A DNA stretch of 64,000 nt, taken from the NCBI GenBank assembly GCA_054600435.1, contig BAAIJX010000003.1, forward strand, positions 186,001 to 250,000, given 5' to 3'. The stretch comes from Neophaeotheca triangularis. Its lineage: Eukaryota. Both the position numbers and the translations under genes were made by a program. Shown piece by piece: positions 57,303-64,000 of this stretch (positions are counted from its first letter, which is position 1; each line of letters opens with the position of its first letter). Under the pieces are notes generated by a model. It was not told where the DNA came from, ran no database searches, and saw only the letters and a program-made list of their open reading frames with translations.

Positions 57303-60300
57303 GATGCCGGCTCTTTGAGTTTGGACTCGAAAGCCTCGAAGCGTGGCAGGGTTGCGAGCGGCGTGGCGGAGGGGAAGAATTCTAAGAAGATCAACGCTGA
57401 GAGCGATGACCCTGGGACGGAAAGCAAGAAGAACGAGAAGAGGAGCAAGATTTCTAAGGCCGGCTCTTCGACATCCAGACTCATCAAGCCTGCGTTGGGC
57501 GCTCGCTCTCTTCGCAAGTAAGAGATGGCTTGGATGCATGTCGTCTTTTTTTGAGGAGTTGAAGAAGGATGGCGCGGCGCTCGAGGCGTTTTTCATCGTG
57601 GCGAGGGGATCTTTTTGGAGCGAGGGCCATGGCGTGACGCTTTTCTTGAACGTGTTACCTACTGAGCTGCAAAGATGTGTATATCAGATGTCTACTATGC
57701 TGTCGACTACGAAGGTGTCCAGTGCTTTAACTGTGTGAGGGTTTGTATCGACGTATTCAGTATGCAAGCTATACAGTAGGTACGTCTCTTTTCTTCCAGT
57801 GGCGACTCAGCTCTGCCGAGGTATTCGCTTTCTAAGAGACACGATCAGGTGACGCCTCAGGTGCCTAACATGATGTGACGAAAAAAGCAATTTGACAAAC
57901 ACTCTGCAGCCCCTACATGTATATCAAGGTTCACACTACCCCTTACCTCTAGGAGTAGGTATGTTTCATGTCACCCGCGCATCTGTCAATTGGTTTTAAC
58001 TTTACGACGGAAAATAAGCTTCCAGCCTTATTATATTACTATTGCTCTTTTGCTACATCTGCCGGGTTACGAGCCACGACCAGATCGACGAAGAGGGTGC
58101 TTGTACCTCTAGGATCTACCCTCCACGCATGACATGAGCCTACGGTACCTTAGGTATACTACTTCTTCAGACACCGTGTCCGTACTGTAGCACTCGGTGG
58201 CTGCCCATACGGGCGAATAGCATGTTGTTGATCGACAAGTCGCAAGCCAATGCCGCGTGGTCAAACTCCAGGCCACGATCTCGAAGTAACTTTCCTGCTG
58301 CAACCGCTTGTTGTCAACGACCAGATGATACCACCGCAGTCTGTAAGGAAACTTGCAAGTCTCACTCTCAGCTTGAAGTCTGAGCCTCCAAGTCTAAGTC
58401 CTCAAGACTCAAGAGTCTAGCCCCAAGGAGTCGAGCCGTCGCGACTCGTAATCCTCCAAGGTCCCTGACCGTAACGTTATCAACCTCCCCCGACGTCGTT
58501 CGCTACTTTCAGACTCTAGACAGTCACAGCCGAGAGACTCTGGTGTTATTATTTACCACCCACCCCGCTCCCCAATGCCTGAGTCTGTGCGATGGTTTGT
58601 CTCGAGATCCGCAAACATGATTACTGAGGGGCAATATGACCTGAAGACGCATGATGTCTCAGCATAGTTTCGAGGACCTTGATCAGCAGGCACAAACGTT
58701 TCACCAAAACTTAACTTGATCTTTCAGACCGCCTACACTGCTGACTGCTCGGAGGGAGCCCTTGGGACGAGCGATCACCGATTATTATTGCTATGTCCAG
58801 CACTGGTACTCGAGCACTTGGCCTCTTGTTTGTTACCAGACTGCCGGTTCGTGCTACTAGATGCCGAGTCAGAATGCTTTGCCAGAGTTTGCGGTCCGTC
58901 TCAACATTCACCGGAAGAGATTTAACATTGATAACGTGCATTATTGTTGAATCTATTCTTTTCCAGACCTACTTTTGCGCAGGTCCCGTCGCGCCCAGCA
59001 GCACCGAGTCACCGCGTACTGGAGGTACATGTTCCATTGGTTGCATGCGTGCAATAACAACATTGATGACACGCAAGGCACATGGTGAAGAAAATTTCCT
59101 CTAGACCCTCGAAGGGTGAAAGCGTAAACGGGTGGACATATCTGGAAACGCATGCGCAGAAGCAACTTCTCTTCGCACTATCAATCTGTTCGCTGTAGTT
59201 TCCGTGTCGCCAGTATCAGATGTGATCAGACTATCAGTTTCTCGCCGAGTGACATTCTTACGGGGATCGCTCTTTAGGCTGACAGTGAACCGAGGTCGTC
59301 GGTCCAGTTGCTGGTTCTTTATAGAGCCTCCGCGAGCGAACAAGGCGCCCCTTCGACGGTCGACACCGTCCTCATATAAGACAGATCCACAAATACGCAA
59401 GCGAAGACGTCGCGGATCGCGAGGCGGCGGGTCCCACGCTACACTTAGTATTAGTACTACCTACATAAGGTACACTCTCCGGTGAAGTTAAAGCCACGCG
59501 GATCTGTCTTGACTTTATGTCACGAGTCAGGGCCGCTCTCTCTCTCTGTCTTTTAGTGCGCATCTTTGCTTACTAGTAGCCTCTACCTCTGAAGTTACTA
59601 GTACCTCCTAGCTTTTGCTTGCTCTACAGGCGGATTTTGCCGTCTACAACCAGGGCTTCAATGAAGCACCACCCTGACTCCTGAGCGCTCTCAGTCGACT
59701 CTCCACGTCAAGGGATTAATCGTCCATGATTGTCTACGCTTTGTCAACGGCTCAACCTCGGACACGTTGTCCGCCCCGGCCGTTGCACTTCTGCATCTTG
59801 TACCGGGCAAAGAATAGTAACTAGACTTGACTAGTACCTGGATTGTCCGGGCTCCCCGGCGATACTCCCTTCTGAGGAACTTCGGCTTGCGTTTCACGAA
59901 TCGTGGCCGAAACGCGGCAGCTCCATGGCTGCTAGCATGCCGCTGCTTTTCAACAACGCAAAAGGTTTGCGAACTTGGAAGCCGAATCTTTTCGAGTCTC
60001 GCCCTTGACGTGCTCGGGGTTCTACCGTGCCTCCTACTCCTTTACCTCCAAGTTTCCACCCCGTGAATCCGTTGATACTTCACGCCACTTCATCAGCCTG
60101 CCAGCCCGCATTCGTAGACCGAAGAAAACAGTACCTCACACGGCTCATCTACCGCTAGGAACGATCAACCCTCGTGCAGTTGCGGACTCAGGGCTATTCT
60201 CTCCTTCCAATCGTTAGCATGACTGTCTGAGTCGGTCTACCGTCTGACAGCCTTACCCCGTCTGTGTGCTCGTTCAACTGCACGTTCGTTAAAAACCTCG

Positions 60301-60462
60301 GTACCTGACACTGGTGGCCGACATACACCCTTGTACATATCTTACGTTCACACGCTCGACACACGCCCTCCGTTCCCTTCTAACTCGCCCCAGGACCCTT
60401 TTGGTGTTCCTACGCCAGCACCACACTCCCTTCAACCACAACATTCCAGCCCTACTTACATC

Positions 60463-61801
60463 ATGGCGGACAGCAAGGCCGACCAAGTGCTGGCCGTGGG
60501 CATCGTTTTCTTCGTTCTATCATGGATAGCAGTCGGCTTGAGAGTATTCGTGCGGGCTGGTATGCTCAAGGCTTTCAAGCTGGACGACTGGACTATGCTT
60601 GCTACTCAGCTACTTTTCACAGCCTACCTGGCCTGCCAACTTGGTGGCGTTGTATATGGCACCGGCCAACGGCTCGCCAACTTGACCGAGGAGGACGCTG
60701 AAATGGCGATGGAGGTACGACTCTCCAAAGTTCTGCTGGTGCTCGAACACCAACTGACGATCCTCTAGTATTGGTACTTCTGCGAAGTCTTCTACATTCC
60801 CGCGACAACGATACTCAAGGTCTCCATTGGCCTGTTCTTACTACGAGTGGCGAGCCAACCGGTGCACATCTGGATCATCTACATCGTCTCGGGCTTATCG
60901 GCGCTCTTCGGCACCATCTTCTTCTTCGTCGTCATCTTCCAATGCACGCCGATCAGCGGCTTCTGGAATTTGGACCCAGACAATGGCCAGTGCATCGACT
61001 CAACTGTCATCATGGCTCTCACTTACACAATTTCCGGACTCAATGTCATAGCCGACTGGGTGTTTGGAATCCTCCCCGTCTTCATCGTCATGGGCCTGCA
61101 GATGTCCGTGAGGCAGAAAAGACTGGTGATTGGGCTTTTAGCCTTCGCTGCCATCGGATCTACAGCAACGGTCGTGCGACTGCCGTACATTGGAAGTCTT
61201 GCCGAAAGTTACGATGGCTGGAATGGTGACTTTTTGTGTAAGCAGCAGCCGATGCGATTCAGCTAGCAAGCCACGAACGAGCTCTTGACTGACATGGACG
61301 GGTACAGACAACACTGTTGGCGTAGCAATCTGGACGACCGTCGAAGTCGGCATCGGCATCACGGCCGCCTGCATTGCAACACTCCGTCCTTTGATGCGCA
61401 TCGCCTTCGAACGCTGGGGAATCAACAGCAGCGGCCGATCTCGAGCGCAGACCCCAAGCCATGGTCTGGATGGCGGACCTAGCCGCGGAAACAGGAACAA
61501 TCCTGGTCTCTCGCTCAATGGGCTCGACGCGCGCCACGGCATCGTTACAACAATCACGGGCAATCATGACCGAGACCACCATTTCGAGATGAACAAATCG
61601 TGGCACACGCGGCGTGGAAGCAGCCAAGAGCGTCTAGCGGACGACATGCTCGAGCCGCAAAAGAGTCCCAGGGATATGGTATTGGTCATGGACGAAGTCA
61701 ATGTCACATATGAGCCGACAAGAGAACGGCTGCGTGGGGGCGACATTGAAGATGAGGAGCGGGGGTTACAAGCCTTGCCGTCACCGACCAAGTTTCGATG
61801 A
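60463..61801 (+). CDS. PTH11-like (fungal rhodopsin-domain) integral membrane protein, no CFEM domain
   Basis: Exons 60463-60714, 60769-61237 and 61308-61801. LRVFVR..DDW, KVSIGLFLLR, FQCTPISGFW, DWVFGILP, LQMS.RQK, WTTVEVGIGITAACIATLRPL. Confidence 0.9.
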
Positions 61802-62481
61802 GGCAGTGTGGGATTTTGGTATCGGTTGGCCTGGAGTTTATGGATGGGTGCGTGCCGTTGGACGGTCTTGTTCCTTTTGTTTTTTCCTGCGACTTGCAAG
61901 ATACCCGGACGACAGTTTGCTGGCGTTTGCAGCGGCTGGATGGATGTACAAGATGTTAGTAGAGAAGAGGTGTGCGTGTTAGACGGGGGCTCATGTACGA
62001 GTATGGTACGATTCATATCTCTGCATGTCTACAAAGATTTTGAATACAATCATGGATGCCATCAACGAAATGTAGTCAGTCGTTTGCGTAGGTACTGACG
62101 TACTGATATCCGTGTACCTACATAATGTTCTAGAAGGGACATTACACAGTAGATGAAGGGAGTCTCAGGTCCTAGGTTAGTACAGCACAAACGAAGGAAG
62201 CGGGCCGTGCTCGCCGACCCCGCAAGAGCAGCGGCTTGGCTCGACTTATAGATGGTGTAAGGTAGGTATGTACTTATGGATGGTTCGCGACCGTGGCGGT
62301 GACTGTTGTTAATAGTCCATTCAAGCCATTGCCCTCATTTCTGCTGCCTGAAAAACAGATACAGCTAGCTACCTACTCACATAACCTGCTACACACTACT
62401 ACCGCCTCCTATACCATCGACATCACTTCCCCTTCCGGACAGGACAGGACAACAAGCGCAGGATCCTCGGCGGCTTGCAAG

Positions 62482-62509
62482 GACACGACACGACACGACA
62501 CGACACGAC
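62482..62509. repeat. (GACAC)n pentamer microsatellite in the PKA-R 5' region
   Basis: gacacgacacgacacgacacgacacgac; a CT-rich tract follows at 62713-62757 just before the ATG. Confidence 0.8.
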
Positions 62510-62758
62510 GTTAAGCTTCAAAGTCACACGGCGGAAACTACGTCAACAGCTCTCCACAAGCAAGACGGGAGTAGTGGGTAGGCATCCCACCTCACACAGC
62601 AAAGCCCGTCACCAGTAGTCAAGTAGTAACACCGACTGCAGACGACAGCGCGCCGCGACTCACTACCCATTGTACACCATCTTGTCATACCCCGTCACTA
62701 CTTGCACACCCGTCTCCCTTCCTTTCTCTCTCCCTCTCCCTCTCTCTCTCTCCCACCC

Positions 62759-64000
62759 ATGACGCTACCGTCCGACTATTCCAACGAAATCCGTGCTCTC
62801 GACCGCGAAGTCCTCAAACAGAAGCCCACCGACATACTCCAATTCTGCGCGAACCACTTCCTCCGTCGTCTTGAGAGTCAACGCGCCGAGTCGCTGCTCG
62901 AACAGCAACATTCCAAAGCCCCCGGCGGTATGGCCGAAAGCACCTTCCCTGGCCAGGGCAACCCCTTTGGCGCCACATCCTCTCAACAATCCAATTCCAA
63001 TTCCGCTTCTTCCACCTCTCACTCTCCCGGTCAACAGCCGACTGCGTTTGGCGGCGGAGGCATGCATTCCGTGGCTGAAGAGGAGGAACATGACTTTCAC
63101 TCTCCCACCGCTTCCTCGTTCCCTCCCAATGTGCGAGGCAACAACAACGGCAGCAGCACCACCTCAGCCCCGAGCGATCCCACAATGAGTAGCAGCGGCG
63201 GTGGGGACAACAGCACCTTTGGCAACTTTGCCTTCACGCCCGCCTCGGGTCTTGAGAAAGCATCTGCCGGCGCAATGGAGACACCGCAGTCGTTTCCAAG
63301 CAACTACAACCTGAATCGCCGCACCTCGGTCTCCGCCGAATCGCTCGCGCCCTCATCGGCCGACGACAGCAACTGGAAAGCACCCAACCACCCCAAAACC
63401 ACCGAGCAAGAAAACCGCCTCCGTCAAGCCGTATCTCACAACTTCCTCTTCTCCCACCTCGACGACGAACAATCGGCTCAAGTGCTAGGCGCGCTGCAAG
63501 AGCGCAAAGTGCCCGCCAAAGACGTCCGTGTCATTGTGCAAGGCGATGCCGGTGATTATTTCTACGTAGTTGAAAGTGGCAACTTCGACATCTACGTCTC
63601 CAAAACGGGCAAAGTCGAGCCAGGAGTCGATGGCATGGGAAGCAAAGTCGCCTCCTCCGGCCCAGGTACCTCTTTTGGCGAGTTGGCCTTGATGTACAAC
63701 GCACCGCGCGCCGCCACCGTCGTCTCCACCGAACCCGGAACCCTCTGGCAACTCGACCGCATCACCTTCCGCCGCATCCTGATGGACTCAGCCTTCCAAC
63801 GCCGCAGGATGTACGAATCCTTCTTAGAAGAAGTCCCCCTGCTCTCCTCCCTCACGCCCTACGAACGCAGCAAAATCGCCGACGCTCTCGAGACGCACAA
63901 GTACCCGGCCGGCAGCACCATCATCCGCGAGGGCGACGTTGGCGACAAGTTCTACATTTTGGAGAGCGGCGAGGCCGAGGCCAGCAAGCGCGGCAGCGCC
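62759..64000 (+). CDS. BCY1: cAMP-dependent protein kinase regulatory subunit (truncated by window end)
   Basis: MTLPSDYSNEIRALDREVLKQKPTDILQFCANHF (dimerisation/docking domain), inhibitor site RRTSVSAES, cNMP-binding QGDAGDYFYVVESG and FGELALMYNAPRAAT. Absent from the ORF track because it has no stop in the window. Confidence 0.96.
   Translation, partial: MTLPSDYSNEIRALDREVLKQKPTDILQFCANHFLRRLESQRAESLLEQQHSKAPGGMAESTFPGQGNPFGATSSQQSNSNSASSTSHSPGQQPTAFGGGGMHSVAEEEEHDFHSPTASSFPPNVRGNNNGSSTTSAPSDPTMSSSGGGDNSTFGNFAFTPASGLEKASAGAMETPQSFPSNYNLNRRTSVSAESLAPSSADDSNWKAPNHPKTTEQENRLRQAVSHNFLFSHLDDEQSAQVLGALQERKVPAKDVRVIVQGDAGDYFYVVESGNFDIYVSKTGKVEPGVDGMGSKVASSGPGTSFGELALMYNAPRAATVVSTEPGTLWQLDRITFRRILMDSAFQRRRMYESFLEEVPLLSSLTPYERSKIADALETHKYPAGSTIIREGDVGDKFYILESGEAEASKRGSA

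Overview
Gene-dense, intron-containing eukaryotic DNA from a filamentous ascomycete. GT-AG introns with CTRAC branch points are seen directly; a Dothideomycete origin is my inference from protein style. I can support about 26 protein-coding genes and one intronless tRNA-Gln(CTG). In order: 3' end of an anion-type MFS transporter, DgoD-like galactonate dehydratase, C2H2 transcription factor, GET3, carboxylesterase ending in a PTS1, C1-THF synthase, SNF7, TEN1, DUF218 protein, class III chitin synthase, tRNA-Gln, BUD2-like RasGAP, a conserved hypothetical, MRM1, a Mit1/CHD remodeller, ORM, a two-knuckle Air1/2-like protein, four co-oriented basic orphan ORFs, RRP4, a GST, ARP10/RO7, NOP58, a PTH11-like membrane protein and the PKA regulatory subunit (truncated). 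I saw no transposon or rRNA. The best leads are: (1) an 817-nt intron in the Mit1/CHD gene that is itself an in-frame coding tail, implying mutually exclusive C-termini; (2) an island of four basic orphan genes, three sharing an M-[AS]-P-x-T-R start, between Air and RRP4; (3) a minimal Air protein; (4) a duplicated in-frame tail after the NOP58 stop; (5) a transporter-dehydratase-TF trio sharing a TTGGGGG promoter motif. All gene models were derived by eye, without database searches.
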